In this document: piece by piece, positions 12,538 through 25,666 of the stretch | How the letters are laid out: each line of letters begins with the position of its first letter | Numbering within the stretch: the first letter of the stretch is position 1 | Assembly: GCF_006345805.1 (NCBI RefSeq) | Contig: NC_043006.1 | Location: 19,592,001-19,656,000 of the forward strand | Reading direction: 5' to 3' | Source: Octopus sinensis | Taxonomy: Eukaryota | Length of the DNA stretch: 64,000 bases | The notes under the pieces: model-generated | What the model saw: only the letters and a program-made list of their open reading frames with translations | Databases searched by the model: none | What the model was told of the DNA's origin: nothing | Position numbers and translations under genes: made by a program

Positions 12538-12686
12538 TTTGTGTATACATATGTGTGTGCTTGTGCGTGTGTGTATGTACATGTATGTGTGTATGTGTGC
12601 GTTTATATGTATATAAGTGTGGATATGTTTGGATGTCTATATTCACACACACATACATATATATATATATATTATATACAATCAAA

Positions 12687-12889
12687 ATGTGACCGCGTGT
12701 GTACCGTTGGCGATTTTTTTTCCTCCGTCTTCCCTTCTCTGGATCTTTCCTTCTCCTATGTTTCCGACGAAGAGCTCCGCTCGAAACGTTAAACCCTCCT
12801 TCTTCCCTTCCTTCCTGAGCGTCCAATAATACTATATTTGTTCCACGTCCTCGCGTTGTTGTTTTCTCTTTGTGTTTTCATGCTTGGAT

Positions 12890-12896
<7 letters not shown>
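12687..12896 (+). mobile_element. About 200-bp Penelope-terminus-like repeat with a hammerhead-like motif (copy 1)
   Basis: Near-identical to 18358-18556. It contains GTTT-CCGACGA-A-GAGC(TCC)GCTC-GAAA-CGTT-AAAC and is followed by (TA)n. Confidence 0.6.
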
Positions 12897-12966
<70 letters not shown>

Positions 12967-13815
12967 TATATATATATAATAAAATCCAATTTTATAGTAA
13001 AATATATTATATTATATATATAATAAAATCCAATTTTATAGTAAAATATATTATATTATATTATATTAAATTAGAGATAAAACCACTATTAGGCAAATCA
13101 AACAATGAAAAACATAACCCAATACATAAAATTAATTAATTTATATTATTTTAAATATATATCAAATGTATTAAAAGTTTAATAAAAGATAAAGAGTAAA
13201 ACACTACGATCGTTTTATGGCTGTACAATTCGTAATAATTCGAGTTATGGTTACAGTCAATCTTCGGGTTAATTGAAATATTTATCTTAGCGAGGTTTAG
13301 CAATGAACTAAAATTTTATATATATATATTTGTATGTGTATGTGTGCAGTGTGCATTTATGCATTTATATTTAAAAATATGGTTATGTGTTTGTGGTTAT
13401 GTGTGTATAACTACTGAAGCTAAAAGGACTTCTCAAACTGTTACTTAGGGTTCCACGTAACTGACCATCAAACAGTAGAACAAAGGAAATTTTTTTTATT
13501 CTATCTTTGGTATTTGTTTTTTTATTCTTTTACATGTTTCAGTCATTTGACTGCGATCATGTTGGAGCACCGCGTTAAAGGGTTTTTTAGTCGAAGAAAC
13601 CGACCCCAGAACTTATTGTTTGTAAGCTTGTACTTATTCTATAGCTCACTTTTGCTGAACCGCTAAGTTACGGGGACGTAAACACACTAGCATCGTTTGC
13701 CAAGCAATGCTAGGGGGACAACAAACACAGGCACAAAGACACAGATACGTAAATGTGTGTGGGGGGTGTTGTTGGCAACTATATGTTACGATTCCGTATT
13801 GCTACTGTTTACGTA

Positions 13816-14201
13816 GTGGAGGCGCAATGGCCCAGTGGTTAGGGAAGCGGACTCGCGGTCATAGGATCGCGGTTTCGATTCCCAGACCGGGTGTTGTGAG
13901 TGTTTATTGAGCTAAAACACCTAAAAAGCTCCACGAGGCTCTGGCAGGGGATGGTGGTGATCCCTGCTGTACACTATCACCACAACTTTCTCTCACTCTT
14001 ACTTCCTGTTTCTGTTGTACCTGTATTTCAAGGGGCCGGCCTTGTCACTCTCTGTGTCACGCTGAACATCCCCGAGAACTACGTTAAGGGTACACGTGTC
14101 TGTGGAGTGCTCAGCCACTTACACGTTAATTTCACGAGCAGGCTGTTCGGTTGATTCGGATCAACCGGAACCCTCATCGTCGTAACCGACGGAGTGCTTC
14201 C
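13816..14201 (+). mobile_element. tRNA-derived SINE family C
   Basis: A box TGGCCCAGTGG, B box GGTTTCGATTCCC, and TSD ACTGTTTACGT. Five near-identical copies occur in the window. Confidence 0.9.
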
Positions 14202-14617
14202 ACGCCACACTGTTTACGTCTCGCTCAGCAATTTAATATAGCTTATTTCTCCCTTCTCGAGATCAATGACGGTCCGTCGCTGGAAAAAGTGTATAGTATT
14301 TTGCGAGTGGGAGGAATTTTCATCACTAGTGGGTGAGTAACACTTGGTGAGGACGGGTAACTACCCAGAAACTCGAGTGTATCACGTAAGGCTAGGGATG
14401 GGAGCGATGACCTCCCCTCGCAACTACTAATCGGACACAGTAGAAATGTCTTCCAGGGGCTATAAACGCCAGTCGCACTCTCCCGTATAGGATGCCACGC
14501 TTGGTTGGGAATTATATATTACGATTCCGTATTGCTACTGTTCATATCTCACTCAGAGATTTAATAAAGTATACATACATACATACATAATATATATATA
14601 TATAATATATATATATA

Positions 14618-14672
<55 letters not shown>

Positions 14673-14674
<2 letters not shown>

Positions 14675-14993
14675 GTGACCCCCTTCGGTCAGACACTGAC
14701 CATGGGTTTGCACCTAGAGAGTTACCCTCTAAGGCACAAATCTGGGCAAGATTGTTTTATGGAAGACCAGCAGTCGCCCATGCATACCGGCCTCCCCTCT
14801 CCACGTCACCGATGTTGTCCAAGGGAAAGGCAAGGGCCGATACAGCTTGGCACCTGTGACGTCGCAACTCATTTCTACAGCTGAGTGAACTGGAGCAACG
14901 TGAAATAAAGTGTCTTGCTCAAGAACACAACACGCAGCCCGGTCCGGGATTCGAGCTCACAACCTCACGATCGTAAGCTCGACGCTCTAACCA

Positions 14994-14996
<3 letters not shown>
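14673..14996 (-). mobile_element. tRNA-derived SINE family D (slightly 5'-truncated)
   Basis: Minus strand TCAGTGGTTAGAGCG...GAGCTCGAATCCCGG tRNA-like head followed by GTGTTCTTGAGCAAGACACTT, between (TA)n tracts. Confidence 0.75.
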
Positions 14997-15038
<42 letters not shown>

Positions 15039-15572
15039 TATACTCTGGCATAGTACTTGTACCTATTCTCTTTTCCCACCACTTAAAATCTTCCACATAG
15101 TTCCTCACTCTCGCCAAGTACTCCGGACCCAACATCGTACATCGCATGTGCTCCGGCAACTCCCCCACTCCTGTCGTATCCACTTTAATTGCCGTATGCC
15201 ATTTCTTTATTTCTTTTCTCAGTTCCTCGCTTCCTCCATTCTGCAACACATTTTCTCTCCTAGAGCAAATAGGGGTGGCTCCTGTGTTCTTATGTTTATC
15301 TTTGTATCGGTTGGGGCACGGAGTGGGTTGGTGTCTGTAGGGAGTGGTTGGGGCAGAGTGGGTGTGGGTGTGGGTGAGGCCGAGTGGGTGTGGTTTGGGG
15401 GGGGGGTCATCCTTTGCCACTGTGTCCTCTTCCTCCATTTCCTGCTCTTTTTCTCCACCATTTCCTAGCTGGTATTTGTTTATCCCTCCTCGACGCTGGT
15501 GCATGCCTTCTTTTCACTTTTTCCTTTTGTCTCTCCTTGTCCTTTTCTAGTGGTGGAGGATATTCCGCTCTA

Positions 15573-15956
15573 GTGGAGGCGCAATGGCCCAGTGGTTAGG
15601 GCAGCGGACTCGCGGTCATAGGACCGCGGTTTCGATTCCCAGACCGGGCGTTGTGAGTGTTTATTGAGCGAAAACACCTAAAGTTCCACGAGGCTCCGGC
15701 AGGGGATGGTGGTGATCCCTGCTGTACTCTTTCACCACAACTTTCTCTCACTCTTACTTCCTGTTTCTGTTGTACCTGTATTTCAAAGGGCCGGCCTTGT
15801 CACTCTCTGTGTCACGCTGAATATCCCCGAGAACTACGTTAAGGGTACACGTGTCTGTGGAGTGCTCAGCCACTTACACGTTAATTTCACGAGCAAGCTG
15901 TTCCGTTGATTCGGATCAACCGGAACCCTCGTCGTCGTAACCGACGGAGTGCTTCC
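15573..15956 (+). mobile_element. SINE family C
   Basis: Same head and body as 13816. Imperfect TSD ATTCC(G/A)CTCTA and an (ATCC)n tail. Confidence 0.9.
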
Positions 15957-16150
15957 ATCCATCCATTCCACTCTAATGTGGCCTTTAAGACCACATTTAT
16001 AACATCGCGAAATCCTCCCTTCCACTCTGACCTTTAAAATCGTCTCTCCCACTGGAAGCACGTCTCTCAAGGTATACAGGTAGAAGAACTACCTCATTCG
16101 TGTTCAGCGGTGTTGCCGAGTGCAGCCTGGCGGTAGCTACCTTTTCGAAA

Positions 16151-16383
16151 AAGGCGGCGAGCTGGCAGAAACGTTAGCACGCCGGGCGAAATGCGTAGCC
16201 GTATTTCGTCTGTCGTTACGTTGTGAGTTCAAATTCCGCCGAGGTCGACTTTGCCTTTTATCCTTTCGGGGTCGATAAATTAAGTACCAGTTACGCACTG
16301 GGGTCGATGTAATCGACTTAATACCTATGTCTGTCCTTGTTTGTCCCCTCTATGGTTAGCCCCTTGTGGGTAATAAAGAAATA
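16151..16383 (+). mobile_element. SINE family A, full length, 18-bp TSD
   Basis: GGTAGCTACCTTTTCGAA at 16132-16149 and 16384-16401. Confidence 0.93.
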
Positions 16384-18357
16384 GGTAGCTACCTTTTCGA
16401 ATTGCACCTCTATCGTTCCAAATTTTTTACCTCTGGAAATGTACGAAATCCCTTGCCAGACTGTCTTAACACCTTTTCTGTCTGTGCCGTAGACATATTC
16501 TCAATTTTTCCTCGCTGCCACCAAGTACGTCCTATAAACTGCCGTTCTCTCCGCTGTTTTCTTTAAGACTTCTTTGGTACTTATCGATCTCTTTTGCGGA
16601 ACCGCTGAGTTACGAGGACATAAACACACCAACACCGATTATCAAGCGATAGTGGTAGACAAACACCGAAACAAAGACACGCACACACATGCACACACAT
16701 ACACACACGCGCCAAGGTGTTCCTTCTTCAGTGGGGAACACCTTCACTTCGTTCCCCTCCCTTTTCAGCATTCCCTTATACTTGCTTACATCTTCCAGCC
16801 TTATGTCTTCGTACTTTTCTTCCCTCGCTGCAGCATAACTTCTATTTTCCATAGCTTTGTCTATTTTCTTCAGGCACTCTATTTTTATGATATTTTCCTC
16901 CGAGTCTATTTCTTTGTATATACTTCATCATTTTCTCCACTGTACATTATGACATATTTTTCCAAAGGAGAGGGCGGGGAAATTTGAGGCTCCTGTGTAT
17001 TTATGCTTGTTTTTTATGTTAGATATGGTATAGAGAAGGCTGGTGTCTGTGGGGAATGGATGGGGTAGAGTGGGTGTGGGTTGGGGGTCATCTTTTACCT
17101 TGAATGTCTTTTTCCTCCTCTTCCTGCTCTTTTTCTCCACCATTTCCCAACTGGTATTTGATTCTTCCTCCTTCTTGACACTGGTGCTTATATTCTTCAG
17201 TGGTTCCACCTCACCTACTTCTTCCTCCACAGACATTGTTACACCAACCACTTTTCCCTCCTGTCTCTCCTTGTCCTTTTCTAGTGGTGGAGGACACTCC
17301 GCTCTGATGTGGCTTTTCAGGTCGCATTTATAACATTGCGGAATCCTCCCTTCCACTCTGATCTTTAACGTCGACTCTCCCACTGTGAGACTTTCAACCA
17401 TTTTTTTCCAAGTCCTCCTCCGCCTCCTGCACCACTATTTCAAGGGTTTGTCCTTTCCAGTGCTTGTGGGGCGTTCTGGTGGCCTGCAGGACCACCACTT
17501 CTTTTCCATGCCCACAGTGTGGCAGCCACCAGCCAGGCTGCATTCACTTCTGGCAGTATGTCTTCTACCCGAACCTTGGAAGTATATCTCCCAAGGTACA
17601 CGGGTAGAAGTACCACGTCCTCTGTCTTCATCGGTGTTGCCGACTACAGTCTGGCAGTTGCTATCTCCCTAAACTGCACCTCCACCGTTCCATATTTTCG
17701 TCTTCTGGCAAGGCATGCTATCTCCAGTCAAACTGACCTCAGCGCCTTTTCCACCTGTGCTTCCGACACCAATTCAATTTTCCTTGTTGCTGTGGCGTAA
17801 GTTCTGTATACAAATGTTCTTTCTTCCTTATTCTTTAATATATTTTTGTGGGGTGGGGGAAACACCTTCACATCGTTCCCCTCCCTTCCAAGTATTTCCT
17901 TGAACTCACTCAACTCTTCCAGATTCAATTCTTCAATTTTTTCTCTGGCCGCCGCTGCATAATTCCTCTTCTCCATTTCCTTGTCCATCTTGTTCGAGTA
18001 TTCAACTAATTCCTCCTCAGACGAATCACATTCTAGGGATGAATACCTCAACTTCTCCCAACTTCTCGCGCGAACCCCCTCCACCACACAAGAGGGAAAA
18101 CGTCGAACAGCCAGAAAAACACCCTCAGGCACAAAACACGTCTATCTTACACAAATCCAACAATGCAACCGAACAGCTATAAACCGGAAGCAAGCTTCTT
18201 ACCACACAGCCACACCTGCACCTATTGAGTACTATTTTTTTTTCACTTTTCCTTACACCTATATACTCACATGCCTGTATACATAAATATCTTTATGTAT
18301 GTGTGTATGTGTACATATATAGGTTTATACATGTGTGTTTATGTACTCATATATATA

Positions 18358-18554
18358 ATGTGACCGCGTGTATACCGTTGACGATTTTTTTTCCTCTGTC
18401 TTCCCTTCTCTGGATCTTTCCTTCTCCTATGTTTCCGACGAAGAGCTCCGCTCGAAACGTTAAGCCCTCCTTCTTTCCTGAGCGTCCAATAATACTATAT
18501 TTGTTCCACGTCCTCGCGTTGTTGTGTTTTTTGTGCTTTCATGTATGGATTAAC

Positions 18555-18556
<2 letters not shown>
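18358..18556 (+). mobile_element. Penelope-terminus-like repeat with a hammerhead-like motif (copy 2)
   Basis: See 12687. Here the stem I partner is AAGC instead of AAAC. Confidence 0.6.
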
Positions 18557-18586
<30 letters not shown>

Positions 18587-19460
18587 ATATATATATTAGA
18601 AGAAATGAGGTACTCAGAAATTCAGATGGTTTTTATTTACAGATATTTATTGTATAGTACATGTTTTTATACATCATATATCATATATCATATATTAGCG
18701 CTTACGTCCATTCTAGTGGAGTCTTCAAATTGAACAGACTTCAAATTGAAAAGCGCAAGAATACATATATGTTGGCGCGTGTGTGCATGTGTGTGCGTGT
18801 CTTTGTTTCGGTGTTTGTCTCCCACTATCGCTTGATAATCGGTGTTGGTGTGTTTATCCTCGTAACTCAGCGACTCCGCAAAAGAGATCGATAAGTACCA
18901 AATTTAAAAAAAAAAACATAAGTACTAGGGTTCATTCGTTCGAATAAAATTCTTCAAGGTGCTGCCCTAGTATGGCCGCAGTCTAATGATTGAAACAAGT
19001 AAATAATGAAAGATAAAACAGATTTCTACCTTTATTTAAACTTAAAGCTAAGCCTAACAAATTTAAGTGAAAGTGTATTCTGCGAACTACAACGCCATAA
19101 ATTTGGGTATAATACATTATAAACAACATTATCAAGGTTTTTAACATATTTATTAGATTATGAGCCGCTCTTTAGACTTCCAGCAAAGCAAATATTCGAG
19201 AGTGATTTGATTGACCATCATTAAAACATTTTCAATGAATAAAAATTATTCAAATTGTAATTTAGATTAGTTCTAACTACATGCACAGCTAAAAATATCA
19301 TAACCCACTTCTTCACATTGTTTCCACCGTGACATACCTAACTTTAATGGAACCCGATACAAACTCTAGGTTTTTCTCTCATCTTTAACACTCATGAACA
19401 GCCCAAACTGGGATAAAACTCAGAGTAGACCGTCAACTTTGATATACTAAATATATGTAT

Positions 19461-19847
19461 GTGGGGGCGCAATGGCCCAGTGGTTAGGGCAGCGGACTCG
19501 CGGTCATAGGATCGCGGTTTCGATTCCCAGACCGGGCGTTGTGATTGTTTATTGAGCGAAAACACCTAAAAAAGCTCCACGAGACTCCGGCTGGGGATGG
19601 TGGTGATCCCTGCTATACTCTTTCACCACAACTTTCTCTCACTCTTACTTCCTGTTTCTTTTGTACCTGTATTTCAAAGAGCCGGTCTTGTCAGTCTCTG
19701 TGTCACGCTGAATATCCCCGAGAACTACGTTAAGGGTGCACGTGTCTGTGGAGTGCTCAGCCACTTACACGTTAATTTCACGAGCAGGCTGTTCCGTTGA
19801 TTCGGATCAACCGGAACCCTCATCGTCGTAACCGACGGAGTGCTTCC
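19461..19847 (+). mobile_element. SINE family C
   Basis: Same consensus; flanked by TATGTATGTG-like direct repeats. Confidence 0.9.
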
Positions 19848-20038
19848 CGTATGTATGTGTTTGTATATGTATTACGGTTTGATTTTATGTCAAATTATAT
19901 ATATAACAAAAAATGATTTTACACTTTACTTGAAGGATTACTCAATACTTTTTAGTAGAATACATACTTTTTAAGATTTTCATGGAAGAGGGTAACAGTG
20001 TCTTTGAAGTTTCGGTTTTCTCAATAGACAGACAGATA

Positions 20039-21523
20039 CACTGTGCGTTCAAAAAATATTTACATATTTTAGAGCTAAAAATTAACTTTTCATTTCTTTT
20101 TAGATTTAAATTATTAGAAATAAGCCTTTCTGCTATACGCATAAGGTCTGGAATTACCCGCTATGCATGTTACCCGGCGTGCTAACCATTCTACCGACTC
20201 GCTGCCTTCTTATTACAAATAATGAAGGGAGCTAGCTTAAGTTTTGAACAAAGAAATTTATCTTTGAATGATATTAGAAGTTTGAAAATGTAGTCGAAGT
20301 GCAAACACAGTTAAAGAGAGAATTTCAAACAGATCCACTTACGCAACTTACCATCACGCGAATTAGAAACAAGTTTGAAGTAGATGGAACTGTTAAGAAT
20401 GTCCCCAAGAAATATTCCGAAAGACTGTGGGCATAACCAAGCCCCACAAAACAAGAAGGGGTGCTAGAAACGTATTGCCACAGTTCAAGTATAGTTTTAA
20501 GGCAAGAGAGTTGTGAGATAGGAATTTCAAAATCAAGAGTCCATCGCATTTTGAAGCGCTGTCATTGGAAAACTTACATTCCTAGAATATATATTAGTGA
20601 CAGAAGCAATATTAATACCGAGAGGTAATATTTATTCCCACTTAAACGTGTATGTTCTATTGGAACAAACTATACTGCGGTAGTTACCATGATAGAAACT
20701 CTCATACTGGCTTTCTGATGCAAAGTGCACCCTAGTTTATATCGTTAATTGAACATCCACGTTTAAGTGGGGATGAATATTGCCATTCCAAGATGATCAC
20801 AACTGCAGAGTGATGTTTCGCGAGTAGCACTTGGCAAGACGTGTAGATGTTCTTTCCAACAAAAAGTATTTTCAGTAATGAGGCTACATTTAAATTAAAT
20901 AGCTCAATTAAGAGCTACAATTTCACCTACTGGGTCATGAAGATCCGCATTTGATGAAGGAACATCATGTTGATTTAACAGGATTTACAGTATGGTTCGG
21001 GTTATCATTAAAAGTATTAACTGGGCCGTTTATTTTGCACAGTACTTCGATTGATCCCATTTACTTGAACTTACTGCAACAATCCGTCATGCCAAGCATT
21101 CAAGAGAATTTCAAAGATGTGGAGTTCTATTTCCGGCATGTTGAGGTACTATTACACTACCCTCATAATGTAATAGCCTACCTGATAAAAGTTTTGCCAG
21201 ACAGACGGGTTCGACAAAGAAGTTTAGCAAAATACCTACCGCGTTCACCCGACCTCACACATCCAGACTTTGGGTAGAGATACTTAAAAGATAAAGTTAC
21301 GATACAAAAGCGGCAACAGTCGACGAATTGATGGCAGCCATTGAACGAGAATGCGCACAAATACCGAACAAAATGTTTCTTGACGTTTGCTTCGGACCAG
21401 AACGGTTATCTGATTGAAAACAGGGGTTCATACAAAACAAATAAATGAAATTCTGCCTCTAGATTCTATGAAATTTTGAAAAAAAATTTTGAAAATGAAA
21501 TTTATTTTCATAAACACTGACTG
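20039..21523 (+). mobile_element. Decayed Tc1/mariner-superfamily (Tc1/DDxE-like) transposon
   Basis: SNEATFKLN..YW, VWFGLS..LTGPF and PRSPDLTHPDF motifs in broken frames. The TA-bounded, weakly inverted ends are CACTGTGCGTTCAAAAA and ...TAAACACTGACTG. Confidence 0.7.
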
Positions 21524-21560
21524 TACAAGAGAGTCGTAGATTGCTTGAAGCATTATAGAA

Positions 21561-21910
21561 CAGAAGTTGAAAAGGAAAAGGGAAATAAAGAAAGCTTCTT
21601 ACGATGCAGAAAGTTTTACAAAATCCTTTATATTTCGCGCGCAAAGGCCTATCTTCAGAAGGAAGGAATCCAAGAAATGTGTATTTACATTGATTTCCAA
21701 CAGATAGAGAGTTGCTGCTGCTCTTGCTGCAACCACTGCTGCTAACCCAAATGCCGAGTATTTTCAAATAAAATAACGAAATCGACGTAAATATAGATTT
21801 CTTTGACCGCTTCCTTCTGAAGATAGTCATTTGTACTCGAAATATAAAGGTTTTTGTAAAACTTTCTGCGTTATTACTAGATTTATTTCCCTTTTCTTTT
21901 CCCACTACTG
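21561..21910. mobile_element. MITE/foldback element with inverted arms of about 100 bp
   Basis: 21561-21668 is the reverse complement of about 21809-21910 (GGGAAATAAA..GCAGAAAGTTTTACAAAA.CCTTTATATTTCG..CTATCTTCAGAAGGAAG). No TSD was seen. Confidence 0.7.
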
Positions 21911-22744
21911 AGTGTACAATACTTCAAGGTTTGTATTTATCTTTTGATACACTGTGTGTTTATATACATATAGGCGCAGTAGAGCAGAATGGTTAAGAAA
22001 CTAGCTTCTCAACCATGATGCTCTGAGTTTCAACCTACAGCTGACGTCTTGGGAAAATGCCATTTTCCTTGTCACACACTGCGTCATGCTGCGAATAATG
22101 TTCAGGGTGTCCAGTGTCTGTGGAATTCTCAGCCACTCACTTAATCAATGACCGAGCAATTCAGTTGAGTTCATCGAACAACTGGATCTTCTTTGTCAAA
22201 ACTGATGGAAAGTCATCCATGTGTTATATTTAAAGAAGACTTCAACGAAAAATCTCCAGACATGTTCTTGACCCCCAGAGAGAAGATAACTGTTTTTACT
22301 TCATTTTTTTATAAATTTTTATTGATATTTGATAAGATGAAATACATCGAAACCGGTAATATTTTCTTTATGTAATTTGTTAAATATAATTTATATAAAT
22401 TTAATAAATTTATATAAATTTATATAATTTATATAAATTTGATAAATTTATATAATTTATTAAATAATTTTCATTAAATTAAGATGTTTTAACAATGATA
22501 AATCTCAGAGCGAGTTATAAACAGTAGCGGTATGATTTATAGCCAGCTGGAGGAGATATCTTCCTGGGGCTACAAACTACAGTAGCATCCACCCTTAGGG
22601 GTTAGCCATATTCAAATGGCAAATATTCGTCACGATAAGATGTTTTAGATTTACTTCTGTGCTATTTCCACCTCCATCTTTTATATATAAAAATTAGATT
22701 TGTAATGATCTATCATCTTTTTTCACCTATATATATATTAAGCT

Positions 22745-24900
22745 ACTTCATGGACATTCTCCTGAAGCTATACTTAAAACACATCAAAAGTTACATCAGA
22801 AATGATTTGGACATGTTGAACCACCTCCCAGAACAGGTCGAGTAACATGGTTACATTCGATGTCATCAACCTATATACCAACATACCACATAATTATGGG
22901 ATAGAAGCTATTCGATTCTGGCTGGGACAACACAATATCCAGAAGAAATACCAGAACGAATCAACAAAGAATTCATCATTGAATCCATAAAATGTATCCT
23001 CCACCACTGTCTACCGCCAAATATCTGGAATTGCGATGGGTACGAAAGTAGCGCCTACCATTGCCAATCTTACAATGGGATTCTTAGAAAAAGCAATGCA
23101 TCAGGAGTCACTTCTAAAATTTGGAGACCCTCTCGCCCAATACATAAAGGAAAATTGGAAGAGATTTTTAGACGACTGCTTCATACTATGGAATGAAAAC
23201 ATAAACAAACTCCTGGGATTCAAAACACTCCTAAACAGCATCAACACAAACATACAATTTACAATATAATACAACCAGGAGGAACTGCCATTTCTAAACA
23301 TACTGATTAAAAAACAAACAACAACAAAATAGAAACAGACATCTTTTATAAAACGACAGATGCTAAGCAATATCTTCTTTTTAGCTCTTCTCACCCGAGA
23401 CATACGAAAACAAACATCACCTTCAATCTTGCAAGAAGGATCTGCACCATCGTTTCGGAGAAAAATACCAAGGATTTATAACAAGAACTTAAAAACATAC
23501 TCCTGGACAGGAACTACCCAATCCAACTTATAAACGAAGGGATATTACATGCGAAATCCATGAAATCCATCAATACAGAAAAACCAAAGACAACAACAAA
23601 CCTACTCTTAATACATATCAACACACAACCCCAGAAACAAAGAAGCATTCAACACAGTCATACAAAATCTACCAGTACCTGTTTCTTTATTACCCACAAG
23701 GGGCTAAACACAGAGGGGACAAACAAGGACAGACATAGGTATTAAGTCGATTACATCGACCCCAGTGCGTAACTGGTACTTAATTTATCGACCCCGAAAG
23801 GATAAAAGGCAAAGTCGACCTCGGCGGAATTTGAACTCAGAACGTAACGGCAGACGAAATGCCGCTAAGCATTTCGCCCGGCGTGCTAACGTTTCTGCCA
23901 GCTCGCCGCCTTAATCTACCAATACCACATAAGGACCCTAAACTGAAAAGAATTCTACGTAACCTTAAAATAGTCAAAAGCAACAAACATCCCAAGTCAC
24001 TAAAGAAAATACTAACAAATGCAAAGTTACTCCCAACTACAACCAATGCAAAAGTAATAAAAATATAATCACTCCAACTATGGAACATGCCCCGACCTTT
24101 TGGAAGGATCAGAATACAATTTCAGACAAGGGCAACATTTTACAATCAAATCAGATTTCACTTGTGCGTCCGAAAATCTCTAATTTATGTGATCAGATGC
24201 TCGGGCTGCCAGAAAGATTATGTCGGAACTACGGGAAATTCTATCCGTCGCCGCGGTACGGCGCCCCGTCAACAAATAGCTTCATCACAATATCGTCAGA
24301 TATATCTCAGCGAACATATTGACGTATGTGCTAAACAATTGCAACCACAATTCTATATATTCCCTCCGTACAAATTTGCTGACTGGACCTCAACACAAGC
24401 TCGTCTTAATAAAGAAGCCCCATTCATCCAGAAATATAAATCAGAACTGAACATTAATTCATTTTAGTAACAACCAATCCCCACTAGAACAGAACAACAA
24501 CAATCAATTCTTCTCTCCACTCTTGAAATATTTGTAAATAACCCCTAAAACTTGTGTATATATCTCACAAATTTGTATACATTAAGACTATCAGTTCAAA
24601 TACCCTAACAATACTTTGAAAGTAACTTGAAATTTTCAGATAAATTGAAGAGTTACATCCCAAACCAAATTACCTTAAAAAAAAATTGAAGCGTTACATC
24701 CCTTTGACTGCAAGAATTATAGTCAACAACAAAAATGGCGTCGCCATGATTTAACAAATATTTTCTCTGTACTGAAATCTGAGACCTTGGAAACTTGATC
24801 AGCGCAAGACGCGAAACCAGTACTCCCAGTTTGTTATATAATGTTGTAATACAACTCTCTGTTTCATTATCCTCTTAATATTAGCATAAATTGTATTATA
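22745..24900 (+). mobile_element. Penelope-like element (RT and GIY-YIG endonuclease), decayed
   Basis: VTFDVINLYTNIPH, GIAMGTKVAPTIANL, WKRFLDDCFILW, SSHPRHTK and the GIY-YIG segment LIYVIRCSGCQKDYVGTT. It is split by a SINE-A. Confidence 0.92.
23680..23912 (-). mobile_element. SINE family A inside the Penelope element
   Basis: Full copy; TSD AATCTACCA(G/A)TACC at 23666-23679 and 23913-23926. Confidence 0.92.
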
Positions 24901-24944
24901 CAAACCGCCAGTGCATTTTTACATATTTTTCTTTCTTAAATATA

Positions 24945-24965
24945 AATATATATGTATGTATGTAC

Positions 24966-25015
<50 letters not shown>

Positions 25016-25325
25016 TATATATATATACGACACACTGCAAGGTACATACTCGAATTCAACATTATTATATATTATGCAGAGAGAGATAAACATAGATAGA
25101 TAGAGATATATACATAGATATACATACATAGATATACATACATAGATATACATACATATATACACACAAGCATATATATATGTGCATACACAGTATATAT
25201 ACCTGTGTGTGCGTATGTGTGTGTATATGTATATGTACATGTGCATATGTATGTATGTGTGTTTGTGTATATTTATATATATATATGTGCATATGTATGT
25301 GTGTATATGTATATGTATATATACA

Positions 25326-25365
<40 letters not shown>

Positions 25366-25444
25366 GCATACTATAAGGTTCAAGATTATCGCTCATATGT
25401 ATATATATATATAAGCATGTATATATATAATACAGATATATATG

Positions 25445-25478
<34 letters not shown>

Positions 25479-25623
25479 ATATATATATATATAGAGAGAG
25501 AGAGAGAGGTTATACATGTATATACACACAAACATACATGCATATATATGTCTACACACATGCATGTATGTGTTTGTATACACACATGAATGCATATATG
25601 TGTGTGCATATATAAATATATAC

Positions 25624-25656
<33 letters not shown>

Positions 25657-25666
25657 TGTATGTATG

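Larger units (their letters stand above)
15044..18200 (-). mobile_element. Two Tx1-like ORF1 (gag-like, CCHC) remnants interrupted by SINEs
   Basis: CYKCDLKSHIRAEC and CYKCGLKGHIRVE knuckles. VLLPVYLGRYTSKVRVEDI matches the ORF1 at 60746-61186 (VLLPTYLGRRTSKITIEEI). No ORF2 is adjacent. Confidence 0.75.

Noticed and set aside
13820-13895. tRNA gene suggested by A and B boxes (also in SINE-A, B and D heads)
   Set aside because: The heads run into long shared bodies with TSDs and no acceptor stem closure, so they are SINEs, not tRNA genes.
19338-19407. Minus-strand exon with good splice sites (TTTTATCCCAG ... AG|GTATGT)
   Set aside because: It has stops in all three frames; it could only be non-coding.
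22505-22577. Minus-strand peptide FVAPGRYLLQLAINHT resembling a PKD strand
   Set aside because: It ends in a stop with no credible donor, so it is likely chance.
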